Positions 8,862-18,838 are shown, counted from the first letter of the stretch. The stretch is 64,000 nucleotides of DNA from an uncultured bacterium (GCA_942490685.1 CALNXW010000016.1:3197166-3261165), one strand, 5' to 3'. The notes: generated by a model not told the origin, from the sequence alone. Numbers and translations are program-made.

Positions 8862-11495
8862 ATGCGAGGTTTATTTACAAACTCCGTTTTTGCAATTCTT
8901 TTGATTGCTCTTTTTGGATTGCAAAGTTACGATGCCAATGCTGCTAAGAATTCTACTTCTTCTGCCAATATTTATTGCATTTCACTTGACAATACTCAAG
9001 CTGAAGAAGAAGAAGGTGATATTTTTACTAACAAGAATATCAGAATTATCAACTTGGGTAAAGCTGTTAACTCTGAAGAGTTTGATTATGCTCCAACAAT
9101 AAGTGCTGATGGCAAAACACTTTATTTTGTATCTAACAGGGATGGCTCAAGAACTGCATTTAATGATGATGATTATCCCACACATGATTTCTGGGCAGTT
9201 ACTAAAAAGCACAGAAATGACACTCTATTTTCTAAACCTTATAATATCGATCCAAAATCTGAATACGGCAATCAGGGCGTAAATACGCAAAGACACGAAG
9301 GCGTAGCTTCAATTGCTGCAGATGGCCAAACTTTATATTTTACTGCATCTGAAAGATCAGACGGTTTAGGTGAATTGGATATCTATTTATCCCGTATTGA
9401 AGGTGATAAATGGACTAGACCTGTAAATCTTGGTAAAAATGTAAATACCAAATACTCAGAAACTATGCCTTCTATAGCTCCTGATCAGTCTAGATTATAT
9501 TTTGTATCTGATAGACCAATACCTGGGGATGAAGATAAAGCTGACAATTATAACCTTTGGTACTGCGATTATGACTTTGATATGGAAGAATGGCTTCCTG
9601 CCAAATTTATGACTGAATTGAATACTGAAGGGGAAGATGAATCTCCATTTATAGCTGCAGACAACCAGTCTTTATTTTTTGTGTCTGACGGAAGAGAAGA
9701 CACAAAAGGTGGTAGAGATTTCTATTTGACTAAATGGGATCCTGTTACTAAAAAATGGTCTACTCCGAGAAATTTAGGTGAACCTATTAACTCTGAAGGT
9801 GAAGAGAGATTTATCACTATGCCAGCTTCAGGTGATATTATATACTTTACTTCAGACAGAGAAGATTACCCTGGTTTTCAAGGCAAACTAGATAACTTCA
9901 TGGCTTTTGTACCTACTTTCTTTAGAAATGTTTCTGTTACAGGTACAGTTGCAGATGAGTGTTCTGATGAATTTATTCCTGCTTATATAGCTGTTAAAAA
10001 CCCTATCACAGGTAGAATCTTTAAAGACAGTTTGAATGAATCTCATTCTGAATTCTCTATGGTTGTTACTAATGATGCATTTGGTGACCCAAGAGATTCT
10101 ATCAGATTTATTGATTTTGAAATAACTGCGACTCACCCTAAATACGGTTCAAGAACTATAGTACAAAGAGTTGAAAAACCTTCTAAAACACAAGATCAGG
10201 CTAAAGCTGGTGAAGTTGTAGAAACTTACCCAACTAAAGTTACTCTTGGTCAGAGACCAGTAGTTGCTTCTGAAATTGACGAAGCTGAATACATTGCACA
10301 GATTAAAGCTAACCAGCCTGAATTTGCTAACTGGCGCGGCCTAGTGATGTCTGAAGTTCTTTCTTGGAACTTATATCCGCTTCTTAATTATGTATTTTTT
10401 GATGAAGGTAGTGCAGAACTTCCTGACAGATACAAAACTTTATCAAAAGCTCAAACAGGTATGTTCACAGATACTACTATCCCTGGTGCTACTTTAGACA
10501 AGTATTACCATATCTTAAATATCTATGGCTTCCGTATGAATATGCATCCTGAAGCTAAGCTTACTGTTTTAGGTACTAATGATAATAAATCAGCAAAAGA
10601 AAAAGGTAATCAAGAACTTTCTAAACAACGTGCTACTTTAGTTTATAACTATTTGAGAGATGTTTGGGGCATAAGCGAAGACAGAATGAAGTTAGAATTT
10701 ACTAACCTTTCTCCTAATGCTTCTAAAACACGTGTCAGAGAAGATAGTGGCCTAGCTGATGAAGAAAATAGACGCGTTGAGCTTCTTACTGACGAATGGG
10801 AAGTTAAAAAGCCTGTATTCGAAACAGATCCAAAAATCTATCCGCAACCTGAGTTTATGAAATTTAAACTTGAAAATGGTATTGAAGATGCTATCGTTGC
10901 TGAAAGAAGATTAGAAGTTACTCGTGATGGTAAGGTTTGGAACACTTTCACTGATATTGGTACTACTGAAGGCGAATATATCTGGAACTGGCAAAATGCT
11001 GATTTAGATTACCCTACAGATGAAGTGCCTTTCACAGCTCAGTTGATTGTAACTACTAAATCAGGTGCTGAATGTAAATCTGATCCTATTACTATACCTG
11101 TTAAACAAGTATCTTCTCGCGAACGTATCGTAAGTACGGGTTCTGACTCAACTGATGAGAAATATTCACTGATTCTATTCCCGTTCAACAGATTCGATGC
11201 TGGTCCGTTTAACGAAAGAATTTTGAAAGACTACGTTTACAACCGCGTTACTTCTGAATCTAAAGTAACTGTTATTGGTCATACCGACGTTGTTGGTCTT
11301 GAAAAACACAATAAGAGATTATCAGAAAGACGTGCAAATACTGTAACTACAGGTATTAAATCAAAAACTAAAAAAGTTGGTGAACTTAACACAGTTGGTG
11401 TTGGTGAAGAAGATCCACTTTATCCTAATGAATTACCTGAAGGTCGTTTGTACAACCGTACAATCCAAGTGTTGATTAAAACTCCTCTTAAATAA
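8862..11495 (+). CDS. Large PD40/TolB-like beta-propeller repeat protein with two OmpA-like peptidoglycan-binding domains
   Basis: Signal peptide. Repeated ...ADG.TLYF.S.R.. (PD40) units. Two OmpA-like modules (NQELSKQRA...RRVEL and LEKHNKRLSERRANTV...NRTIQV). Confidence 0.75.
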   Translation: MRGLFTNSVFAILLIALFGLQSYDANAAKNSTSSANIYCISLDNTQAEEEEGDIFTNKNIRIINLGKAVNSEEFDYAPTISADGKTLYFVSNRDGSRTAFNDDDYPTHDFWAVTKKHRNDTLFSKPYNIDPKSEYGNQGVNTQRHEGVASIAADGQTLYFTASERSDGLGELDIYLSRIEGDKWTRPVNLGKNVNTKYSETMPSIAPDQSRLYFVSDRPIPGDEDKADNYNLWYCDYDFDMEEWLPAKFMTELNTEGEDESPFIAADNQSLFFVSDGREDTKGGRDFYLTKWDPVTKKWSTPRNLGEPINSEGEERFITMPASGDIIYFTSDREDYPGFQGKLDNFMAFVPTFFRNVSVTGTVADECSDEFIPAYIAVKNPITGRIFKDSLNESHSEFSMVVTNDAFGDPRDSIRFIDFEITATHPKYGSRTIVQRVEKPSKTQDQAKAGEVVETYPTKVTLGQRPVVASEIDEAEYIAQIKANQPEFANWRGLVMSEVLSWNLYPLLNYVFFDEGSAELPDRYKTLSKAQTGMFTDTTIPGATLDKYYHILNIYGFRMNMHPEAKLTVLGTNDNKSAKEKGNQELSKQRATLVYNYLRDVWGISEDRMKLEFTNLSPNASKTRVREDSGLADEENRRVELLTDEWEVKKPVFETDPKIYPQPEFMKFKLENGIEDAIVAERRLEVTRDGKVWNTFTDIGTTEGEYIWNWQNADLDYPTDEVPFTAQLIVTTKSGAECKSDPITIPVKQVSSRERIVSTGSDSTDEKYSLILFPFNRFDAGPFNERILKDYVYNRVTSESKVTVIGHTDVVGLEKHNKRLSERRANTVTTGIKSKTKKVGELNTVGVGEEDPLYPNELPEGRLYNRTIQVLIKTPLK

Positions 11496-11518
11496 ACCTA
11501 AGAGGGATATATTTAGCG

Positions 11519-11556
11519 GAAGCGCTCTGTTAGAAATGGCAGGGCGCTTTTTTTAT
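11519..11556 (+). terminator. Rho-independent terminator
   Basis: GCGCTCTG-ttagaaatgg-CAGGGCGC followed by T7. Confidence 0.65.
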
Positions 11557-11626
11557 ATTCTTTATTTGATGGTTTTATTTGTTATTTTTGTATCGAATAG
11601 CCTTAAAAAACTAAAATCTAAACCTT

Positions 11627-12226
11627 ATGAAAATAGATACTATAATTGATATAAATAAACCTATTGTCCTGGCTTCACAATCTCCTCGTAGAAAATTTCT
11701 ACTAGAAATGCTTGGGCTTGAATTCGATATTTTTCCTGCTAGCATAGATGAAGTAAATTCCAATAACTTGCCCCCTGCTGAGTACGTTATGCATCTAGCT
11801 GCTGAGAAGGCTCGAATGTCTGCTTCTCTGACTGACAAGAAAGCTCTTTTTATTGGTTCAGACACAATTGTAGTAAAAGGTGATGTCGTTCTGGAAAAAC
11901 CTATTGACAACACTGATGCTGTTAAAATGCTAAAAACTCTTAGCAATTCTACTCATACTGTTTATACTGGAATTGCTCTTTTTGATAATGAAAAAGAAGA
12001 TATTACTATCGATTATGAAGCTACTGAAGTAAGCTTCAGAGAACTAAATGATAGAGAAATACAAGCCTATGTAGCAACAGGCTCACCGCTGGACAAAGCA
12101 GGAGCTTACGGAATCCAAGATGATTTTGGTGCTGTATTTGTAAATAAAATTGTAGGTTGCTATTATAATATTGTAGGGCTTCCGCTTCAATTACTCTATA
12201 AAATGCTAATGGAGAAGTTTAAATAG
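11627..12226 (+). CDS. maf: Maf-like nucleoside triphosphate pyrophosphatase
   Basis: 199 aa with LASQSPRR..L...G..F......DE and GSDT(IV) motifs. Confidence 0.85.
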   Translation: MKIDTIIDINKPIVLASQSPRRKFLLEMLGLEFDIFPASIDEVNSNNLPPAEYVMHLAAEKARMSASLTDKKALFIGSDTIVVKGDVVLEKPIDNTDAVKMLKTLSNSTHTVYTGIALFDNEKEDITIDYEATEVSFRELNDREIQAYVATGSPLDKAGAYGIQDDFGAVFVNKIVGCYYNIVGLPLQLLYKMLMEKFK

Positions 12227-13099
12227 ATGATCAATATAAGGTCCAAAATAAACACACTTATTATGCTATTGCCATGGATTATTACATTCTTGATGTTTTG
12301 GTTATACCCATTGGCTTATTCTGCTTATATGAGTATGACCGAATACAATGCTTTGACGGGTGAAGCTTTTTGGGTTGGACTTGATAATTATGTATTTATG
12401 CTCTCAGATGATCTTTTCTGGAAAGCTCTGACAAACACAGCTATATTTACTTTGGGCAGCGTGCCTGTAACAACAGCATTAGCTCTGTTTATGGCAAATA
12501 TGCTAAATAAAAAATTTGTACGACTAAAAGAATTTTTCCGAGCTGCTTACTTTATGCCTTCAGTAACTGCCTTAGTAGTGATATCACTAATCTTTACAAA
12601 TCTTTACTCTATCGATGGATATGTTAATGCAATAGTACAAATGCTTGGATTTGAAGGAACTGATAAAGGCTGGCTAGCTGAACCCTCAACAGCTTTGATG
12701 TCTATCATGGCAATGGATATATGGATGGCTGCAGGCTATTACATGGTCTTGTTTTTAGCAGGTATGCAAACAATTTCAAATGATTTGTATGAAGCTGCTG
12801 AATTGAATGGCGCTTCTCCCTGGAGGCAGTTCTGGGAGATTACTTTCCCATTGCTAAGGCCTACTCTAATGTTTGTAGTTGTCATAAACTCCATAAAGTC
12901 ATTTCAGGTATTTGTAGAAGTCTTTGTTATGACAAAAGGAGGACCTCTACATTCCACAACTACTCTGGTATATCAAGTATACGAAAATGCTTTTAAAGAG
13001 TCTGATCTGATGGGCTATGCTTCAGCCATTGCTTATACTTTATTTATGATTCTGATAATCTTCTCCTTAATTCAAATGAAAGTACTAAAAGAGAAGTAA
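12227..13099 (+). CDS. ABC transporter permease, MalF/UgpA-type (carbohydrate uptake family)
   Basis: Six TM segments and an EAA-like loop (EAAELNGASPWRQFWEITFPLLRP). Its start abuts the maf stop. No cognate SBP or ATPase in the window. Confidence 0.75.
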   Translation: MINIRSKINTLIMLLPWIITFLMFWLYPLAYSAYMSMTEYNALTGEAFWVGLDNYVFMLSDDLFWKALTNTAIFTLGSVPVTTALALFMANMLNKKFVRLKEFFRAAYFMPSVTALVVISLIFTNLYSIDGYVNAIVQMLGFEGTDKGWLAEPSTALMSIMAMDIWMAAGYYMVLFLAGMQTISNDLYEAAELNGASPWRQFWEITFPLLRPTLMFVVVINSIKSFQVFVEVFVMTKGGPLHSTTTLVYQVYENAFKESDLMGYASAIAYTLFMILIIFSLIQMKVLKEK

Positions 13100-13102
13100 A
13101 AC

Positions 13103-13768
13103 TTACTCTTTCCATACAAAATCAAAAAGAAGATAAGACACAGAAACAATTAAACCGCTATATGCCAGCATTAGTCTAAAATTACCCTCTCCTCCGCTTG
13201 CTCCACCATCCATAGTATATCTGAATGACTCTATACCTAGCAGTATGAGAGGTACTAAAATTGGAAATGCAAGCACCGGAAATAATGCATTTTTGCTATT
13301 CCCTTTAGCTATCAAAGCAGATATAATAGTTGTAGCACCGGCCAGTCCCACTGAAGCAAGAAACATACTAAAAAGGAATTCGCCAAAAAAGTGTATACTT
13401 AAGTAATCATTGAAAAGGAAAAAAAGTGCAACCCCGAAAGCATTTAGAACTAAAGCCAAAAGTATATTAAATAAAAGCTTTCCAAAAAATACTGATGCAG
13501 AGTCCGTGCTGATTTGCAAAAGCAAACCCGTGCCTCTCTCTTCTTCGCTAATAAATGATTTTGCTAATCCCGTCATCGCCGAAAAGAACATGATGATCCA
13601 AAGAACACCCGATGCTGTCTCTGTTTCCAGCTTTATACCTGCTGTGGCAAAAGTTATCATAATTATCGTTGTAAAAATAAAAAGCAATATCGCTGATACT
13701 GCATATCTTGTTTTAAGTTCACTCTTCAATTCTTTCTTGAAAACTGCAATTATTTTCTTAATATTCAA
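13103..13768 (-). CDS. CcmB-like ABC-2 family membrane protein (heme exporter B-like)
   Basis: 221 aa, about 6 TM, with overall CcmB-like organisation (…ERGTGLLLQIS…). Family assignment is from pattern only. Confidence 0.4.
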   Translation of the reverse strand: MNIKKIIAVFKKELKSELKTRYAVSAILLFIFTTIIMITFATAGIKLETETASGVLWIIMFFSAMTGLAKSFISEEERGTGLLLQISTDSASVFFGKLLFNILLALVLNAFGVALFFLFNDYLSIHFFGEFLFSMFLASVGLAGATTIISALIAKGNSKNALFPVLAFPILVPLILLGIESFRYTMDGGASGGEGNFRLMLAYSGLIVSVSYLLFDFVWKE

Positions 13769-13887
13769 GACTCTATCCTTTAATTATCATAAGCCACAAT
13801 ATAAAGAATATCTTATATTGCGCCAAAGCAGTATTTAGTTATTTCAAATATATAATTGCATGCCCCATTTGGCTTATATGCTTAAAC

Positions 13888-13926
13888 TCAAAAAAAGAGC
13901 CACACTAACATATAATGTGACTCTTA
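13888..13926 (-). terminator. Rho-independent terminator downstream of trxA
   Basis: Minus strand reads AAGAGTCACA-ttatatgttag-TGTGGCTCTT followed by T7. Confidence 0.7.
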
Positions 13927-13954
13927 AATATAAAGACCAATCAGAGACAAAGGA

Positions 13955-14281
13955 TTAACCAATATGTCTATCCAATTTTTCTGCAATTTGCTGTTTTGGT
14001 ACAGCGCCAACGATTGTATCAACTACTTCGCCGCCTTTGAAGATTAAAATAGTAGGAATAGAACGGATACCATAATTCATTGCGATTTGCTGGTTATTGT
14101 CTACATCTACTTTACATATTTTTGCTTTACCTTCATATTCGCCTGCCAATTCGTCTACTATCGGAGCTATCATTCTGCAAGGTCCGCACCAAGTTGCCCA
14201 AAAATCAATAAGCACTGGCACGTCTGAATTTTTTACATCTGCATCAAAGCTCGCATCCGTTACGTGTAAAGGCTCTGCCAT
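13955..14281 (-). CDS. trxA: Thioredoxin
   Basis: WCGPC active site. The start is placed at the internal ATG (MAEPLHVTDASF...) which has an AGGAGAG RBS. The longer ORF in the track (to 14350) has a hydrophobic junk N-terminus. Confidence 0.85.
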   Translation of the reverse strand: MAEPLHVTDASFDADVKNSDVPVLIDFWATWCGPCRMIAPIVDELAGEYEGKAKICKVDVDNNQQIAMNYGIRSIPTILIFKGGEVVDTIVGAVPKQQIAEKLDRHIG

Positions 14282-14417
14282 TTTATCTCTCCTAAGTATA
14301 TATATCCTAAAAACAATAATAACGTTGTACGATAAAAAATAATATAGCACTCGATTTGATAAAAAACAAATCTAAAAATTTCTCTGAGTAATATTATAAC
14401 TGTGTATTTATAATTAA

Positions 14418-14984
14418 CTAATTAGATCGCACTGTAAAAAACAATATCACTGTAAGCGCTGCTGAACCAACTAATATTGCAGGCTCTAAAGCTTCGTCAA
14501 GCCATGACTTGTTTTGCTCCGGCACAGGAGATTTGCTAAATGGATAAGCTGAAGATTCTATAATTGCTAAATCTTTTTCAGCGACGCTATCCCTAAATAT
14601 ATACTCTTTGCCATCATGCGGTTTAGTTATACCATTGTCGTATAACACAGCTTCGTATTTTATTTTTACCTCTCTTTCCAGCGAATCATTATTGAGCCTG
14701 GTATACCTAACTCCAAATTCTGACAATAGTACAGATAGCTTTGGCACAGAGTCAGAATCTACAATTTTAAATAACTTAGAGTTGACAATTTTTTGCTCAA
14801 TAAACCAAGCATTTGGATGCTTGTTAAAATCTAACTTCACTTCAGAAACATCTGCAAAATCTGCCTTTATATTTTTAGGCAGCTCGCTTGTTAAGGAATC
14901 TAATAATTGCATATTTGTTGGAGTCTCAGCAAAAAGTGAAACTGTATACAGAGAGAAAACAAATATGTAAATGATATATTTCAT
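14418..14984 (-). CDS. Hypothetical exported protein (signal peptide plus C-terminal TM anchor)
   Basis: 188 aa. Its start overlaps the upstream gene's stop (TAATG), implying translational coupling. Confidence 0.5.
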   Translation of the reverse strand: MKYIIYIFVFSLYTVSLFAETPTNMQLLDSLTSELPKNIKADFADVSEVKLDFNKHPNAWFIEQKIVNSKLFKIVDSDSVPKLSVLLSEFGVRYTRLNNDSLEREVKIKYEAVLYDNGITKPHDGKEYIFRDSVAEKDLAIIESSAYPFSKSPVPEQNKSWLDEALEPAILVGSAALTVILFFTVRSN

Positions 14985-15451
14985 TAGCTATTTAAGTCAG
15001 ATTTTAGATTTTTCAAACTTTCTATAAGCTCTTCAGGTTCATAAAAAAATGAAGGCCTGATTCGCAACATTCTTTTTCTCGAATTCAGTCTTATTCTAAT
15101 CAAGGGATAGAGATTTTTCACTTGCACAAGACCATCTTTTCCAAGTGAAATATGTTCGATCTCATCATCAGTATACACCTTTTCGCCGAATCGGTTCTTG
15201 AAAATCAATTTATTTTTTTCTATAATAACCGCTCTCCTCCTAAAAGAGGCGAATGAAAGTCCAACCAAAGCGATAAGTATAAACAACCCCATTAGCAAAA
15301 GCAAAGGATCATTATAGTCAAAAGTGATACTGCCACTTTCTATTGTGCCTCTGAGCAGCACATAAACTATCAGCACTACAGAATATGCTGATAAGCTCTG
15401 CCAGTAAAAATCTAATCGCTGTTTAAACTCTTTTCTTACTTCTTTACTCAT
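14984..15451 (-). CDS. Hypothetical membrane protein (2 TM plus a bacterial PH-like C-terminal region)
   Basis: 155 aa, coupled to the downstream gene. No confident family. Confidence 0.45.
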   Translation of the reverse strand: MSKEVRKEFKQRLDFYWQSLSAYSVVLIVYVLLRGTIESGSITFDYNDPLLLLMGLFILIALVGLSFASFRRRAVIIEKNKLIFKNRFGEKVYTDDEIEHISLGKDGLVQVKNLYPLIRIRLNSRKRMLRIRPSFFYEPEELIESLKNLKSDLNS

Positions 15452-15490
15452 TATTCAATCACCTATCCGATTTAAGAAATTCTCCGAAAG

Positions 15491-15514
15491 CAATACTCTT
15501 ATCTGCTATAACGG
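15491..15514 (+). repeat. Short fragment of repeat module X (tail portion CAAT.CTCTTATCTGCTATAA.CG)
   Basis: 21 of 23 positions match the 3' part of X2 (27911-27933). Confidence 0.45.
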
Positions 15515-15658
15515 ACAACTTAATATACAATTTTCAAATGAATATCTGTAATAAAAAAAAGGCAGACTGCGGCATTAATGCAACTTGTTTTTACTTAGTT
15601 TGTTAGCTATATTAAAACTAGATTATAAACTGAAAAGCAGTCGAATTTAAATCTGGTT

Positions 15659-15799
15659 TATGCCGGACAGGTTCGCCAATGAAATAGACGCAAAACCACG
15701 GTACTGCATCTCAACGCGCTTTCTCTCGCTCGATAACCAAGGGAAGATGAGATTGCGGGATTGGGGAATAGCCTGAATTTTGGTGCTAGGCAGTATGAT
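15659..15799 (+). repeat. Repeat module Y, copy 1 (non-coding, about 140 bp), upstream leader of a small two-gene cassette
   Basis: Left flank (ATGCCGGACAGGTTCGCCAATGAA) and right flank (GGGAAGATGA.ATTGCGGG..TGGGGAATAGCCTGA.TTTTG.TG.AGGCAGTATGAT) are collinear with the reverse complement of 27640-27792. The core (15699-15742) matches the other copy only after inversion. Confidence 0.7.
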
Positions 15800-15855
15800 A
15801 GTAGAATAGCGAGATTTAACTCTCTTGACAGTTATAGAAGCAAATATACTTCTCA

Positions 15856-16192
15856 ATGTCAGTGATGCTAACTGAGGGGCCAGAAGCCGCTGGTAAAACT
15901 GCTGCAAAAATTGATGCTATAATAAAAAAGATGTCAGAAGCTGAAGTGCAAATGGGTATTGATCAGGGAAAGGCTACTGTAAACGTGATTGCTGAGTTGG
16001 TTCGTTATTTGGTCCAGCTGGAACTGCAACTGGAGCACTTATAGGAGGTATTTCTGATTCATTATTTGGAGGAGTAACAGGTTATTTTGTTGGACAAGAA
16101 GTTGCAACTACAGCATATGATTATATCACAACTAAAGGTCTCAAAATGGAAGATGTAAAGAATAGTAATGAGGGAGAAAAAAATGCACCATA
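15856..16192 (+). pseudogene. Frameshifted glycine-zipper (GxxxG-rich) small protein gene
   Basis: Frame A gives MSVMLTEGPEAAGKTAAKIDAIIKK...NVIAELV. Frame +1 continues as GSLFGPAGTATGALIGGISDSLFGGVTGYFVGQEV...EGEKNAP*. A single-nucleotide indel near 15995-16010 would join the two frames. Confidence 0.4.
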
Positions 16193-16572
16193 AATTTGAT
16201 AAGATTTTTTGGCGAATAGAAAACGAAACATATTTGCATGCTCTTTTTGTAAATAGTCGTTCAAATGAAATAGTGCATTTTAAACATGGAACATTTGAAT
16301 TGCAATCGACAAATATTATAAAAGGAAGTCATAACTGGGAAGAAATCCTTTATGATAATGCTATAGTTGAGATTAGAGTTAATGAAGAGTCGAATATATT
16401 TATTATGTTTTCAGACGCAGCTCTGGGAGTGATTATGTATTGTCCATATTTTGATGGAGCGGAGGTAGAAGTAATACAGGAACTTAATATTTATAACAAA
16501 GAGGATAAAGAGGCGTATATTTCTTTTTTGGAAGATTATGATAGCTGTGATATCGAACTAGAGATAAGTTAG
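16168..16572 (+). CDS. Hypothetical 134-aa cytoplasmic protein overlapping the end of the glycine-zipper ORF (possibly an immunity-like partner)
   Basis: The ORF overlaps the upstream stop (…AATGCACCATAA…). No signal peptide. No recognisable family. Confidence 0.45.
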   Translation: MREKKMHHKFDKIFWRIENETYLHALFVNSRSNEIVHFKHGTFELQSTNIIKGSHNWEEILYDNAIVEIRVNEESNIFIMFSDAALGVIMYCPYFDGAEVEVIQELNIYNKEDKEAYISFLEDYDSCDIELEIS

Positions 16573-16716
16573 AAAATATTGTGATTCTATAAGTTTTACA
16601 AATCCCTGCGCCAAATAGACCACAAAAAATACGAACTTACTGACTAACCTCAATCACAAAAAAAGAGGCTACTCTTTTTCAGAATAACCTCTTGATATTA
16701 TTTATTGCAAAAAGAC

Positions 16717-18192
16717 TTAGTATTTATATAAACTGCCTTGTCTGTCTTCTGCTTTTTTATCCCATTCTTTTGCAACTGTTTCTAATAGTTTAATCTTATC
16801 AGCTCTGAGTTTTTCAATATCCAGACCGATAAATTTCTGAGCTTTTTCTTTTGTAGAGATATCCGGAAGTTGTACCGGAATTTCAACTCCGTGTTTTACA
16901 AATATAGTTGCTAAAACACCTCTTGCTTTCTCTGCTTTTGCTATAGAAGTTCCCATAACTCTCATTGCTTCTACAGGAGAGTGGAAGCCAACTCCGTTAG
17001 CCGCAGCTACCCAATCCCATCTCCACTGTGCGTGACGGATAAGAGTAAGTACAGGAGCCATTTCTTCTTCTGTTGCACCTGCATCCCATGCAAGTCCGGC
17101 TTCAATGTGAGCTTTTGCTAAGGCATCTTCTGCAAGACCGCGCAATTCTAATAATTTATCTTGTCTTTCATAAACATCTTTCAATAATTGCTCTTCGCTT
17201 TCTTTGTGGCAAGTCTGGCAGGCATTTGCCATATTTGCAAGAGGCGATTGGATGTGGTGATCAGTAAATTTCACTCCGCCTTCCACTTTATAAGGCATGT
17301 GGCAATCAGCACATGAAACGCCGCGCTTAGCATGAATACCGGTCATAAATAGTTCGTAATCAGGGTGCTGAGCTTTCAGCATTGGCGTACGGCTGATCTT
17401 ATGAGTCCAGTCAGTAAATTCTATATTATCATAATACTCTTCCATATCATCTGCAGAGAAACCTTTATCCCAAGGGAATGTCAAATATGCACCCGGTTTC
17501 TGGAAATAATATTCTACGTGACACTGAGCACACACTAAAGAGCGCATTTCATTATGAGTAAAGTCTTCAATTTTCTTACCTTGTCTCTCAAATGCTTCTA
17601 CAAGAGCAGGTCTTGTAATTGTTAAATCCATAGTGTTCGGATCATGGCAGTCAGCACATCCGATAGGATTTACAATTTCTTTACCTTTTTCTATCCATTT
17701 TCCACTATAAAATTCTTTAGGCCCTACTTCTTTCATCATTCTCACAACATCTGTACTTTTGCAAGACCAGCATGTAGCAGGCATAGGACTTGTTTCAACA
17801 CCACCAGTTCGAAGAGTGTTTCTAATATCTTTAACAGCCATTGCATGGCCTCTTCCCTGGTTATAGTCTTTAGAAAAACCGTAACCTGCCCACATAACTA
17901 TTAAATTAGGAAATTCTTCTAAATAGTCACGCATAGAGGAGCCGCCATGTTTTGAGCGGAAATTAGTATCTCTTGTATTCAAATAAGTATCAAATTCTCT
18001 AGGGAAGTTTTTACCCCATATTTCATTTCTATATTCATTTTCGCCAATTGGTTCAACCATTTGCATTTTAGCAACTTTTTCCTGGCGACGTTCCATAATG
18101 CTGCTAGCCAGCATAACTCCAAGAACAACAATAATAACTGTAGCTAAGAAAAGCCCCCAATAGAGCCACTTACTTGATTTTTCATTAGCCAT
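16717..18192 (-). CDS. nrfA: Cytochrome c nitrite reductase, pentaheme catalytic subunit NrfA
   Basis: N-terminal TM or signal segment. CWSCK (lysine-ligated active-site heme) plus four CxxCH motifs (CADCH, CAQCH, CADCH, CQTCH). Confidence 0.92.
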   Translation of the reverse strand: MANEKSSKWLYWGLFLATVIIVVLGVMLASSIMERRQEKVAKMQMVEPIGENEYRNEIWGKNFPREFDTYLNTRDTNFRSKHGGSSMRDYLEEFPNLIVMWAGYGFSKDYNQGRGHAMAVKDIRNTLRTGGVETSPMPATCWSCKSTDVVRMMKEVGPKEFYSGKWIEKGKEIVNPIGCADCHDPNTMDLTITRPALVEAFERQGKKIEDFTHNEMRSLVCAQCHVEYYFQKPGAYLTFPWDKGFSADDMEEYYDNIEFTDWTHKISRTPMLKAQHPDYELFMTGIHAKRGVSCADCHMPYKVEGGVKFTDHHIQSPLANMANACQTCHKESEEQLLKDVYERQDKLLELRGLAEDALAKAHIEAGLAWDAGATEEEMAPVLTLIRHAQWRWDWVAAANGVGFHSPVEAMRVMGTSIAKAEKARGVLATIFVKHGVEIPVQLPDISTKEKAQKFIGLDIEKLRADKIKLLETVAKEWDKKAEDRQGSLYKY

Positions 18193-18211
18193 GATAAACC
18201 TCTAATATAAA

Positions 18212-18838
18212 TTAATCTAACATTTTTTCTAACCATTCGGGCACAGCGCGTTTCATGGAAGGAACGCGAGCATAAGGAGTTGACGCCTGACTGGAAACCC
18301 TTCCGTGAGGTACCTCTCGGTGGCAGTCCCAGCAAAGTTTCCCTTCACCGTGTTTATAATTATGTCCTGTAACATTTGCAGCAGAAACAGGGTTCACCTG
18401 CTGGTAGTGACAGCGCATGCAATTGTCTTGGACCACCGCTTTTCCGGCTTCTTTGATTCTAATTACCTGAGGTTCAGTCCTAGTAGTAAATACATAGGCA
18501 TGCCTCATGCCGTCCTGTGCTTTAAAGAGATACTTGCGAAATGGATTATCATGAGGTACATGGCAATCGTTGCAGGTAGTCCATTCTCTATGACTACTGT
18601 GATTCCACGTAGCATATTGCGGCACCATCACATGACAATTAACGCAAGTTTCAGGATCATCAGAAAGGTAAGAAGCTGCATTCGATATATAAAAAGTACC
18701 GATAGCCAGCCCGAATATAACTCCGGTAAGGATGGTAGCCACTAGTCGCCACCCGGGAGGAGGTATAAGCCTTCTGATTAATGATTGATTGTTTACCATA
18801 GTATCTCTATAGTTAGTGGATACAAAATCTATTTGCAT
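18212..18838 (-). CDS. nrfH: NrfH (NapC/NirT-family tetraheme membrane cytochrome c, quinol oxidase partner of NrfA)
   Basis: One TM helix and four CxxCH motifs (CVNCH, CNDCH, CMRCH, CWDCH), immediately upstream of nrfA. The true start may be the internal Met near 18799. Confidence 0.88.
   Translation of the reverse strand: MQIDFVSTNYRDTMVNNQSLIRRLIPPPGWRLVATILTGVIFGLAIGTFYISNAASYLSDDPETCVNCHVMVPQYATWNHSSHREWTTCNDCHVPHDNPFRKYLFKAQDGMRHAYVFTTRTEPQVIRIKEAGKAVVQDNCMRCHYQQVNPVSAANVTGHNYKHGEGKLCWDCHREVPHGRVSSQASTPYARVPSMKRAVPEWLEKMLD

Noticed and set aside
14284-14350. N-terminal extension of trxA to the upstream ATG (MLYYFLSYNVIIVFRIYILRRDK…)
   Set aside because: The extension is hydrophobic junk without an RBS. 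The internal ATG has a good SD and gives a canonical thioredoxin N-terminus.
15647-15907. 86-aa minus-strand ORF, plus the related ORFs 27508..27741 (+), 27601..27816 (-) and 27617..27826 (+)
   Set aside because: They lie entirely within the Y repeat copies. Their mutual similarity is explained by the nucleotide repeat. They lack an RBS, and Y is better interpreted as non-coding.
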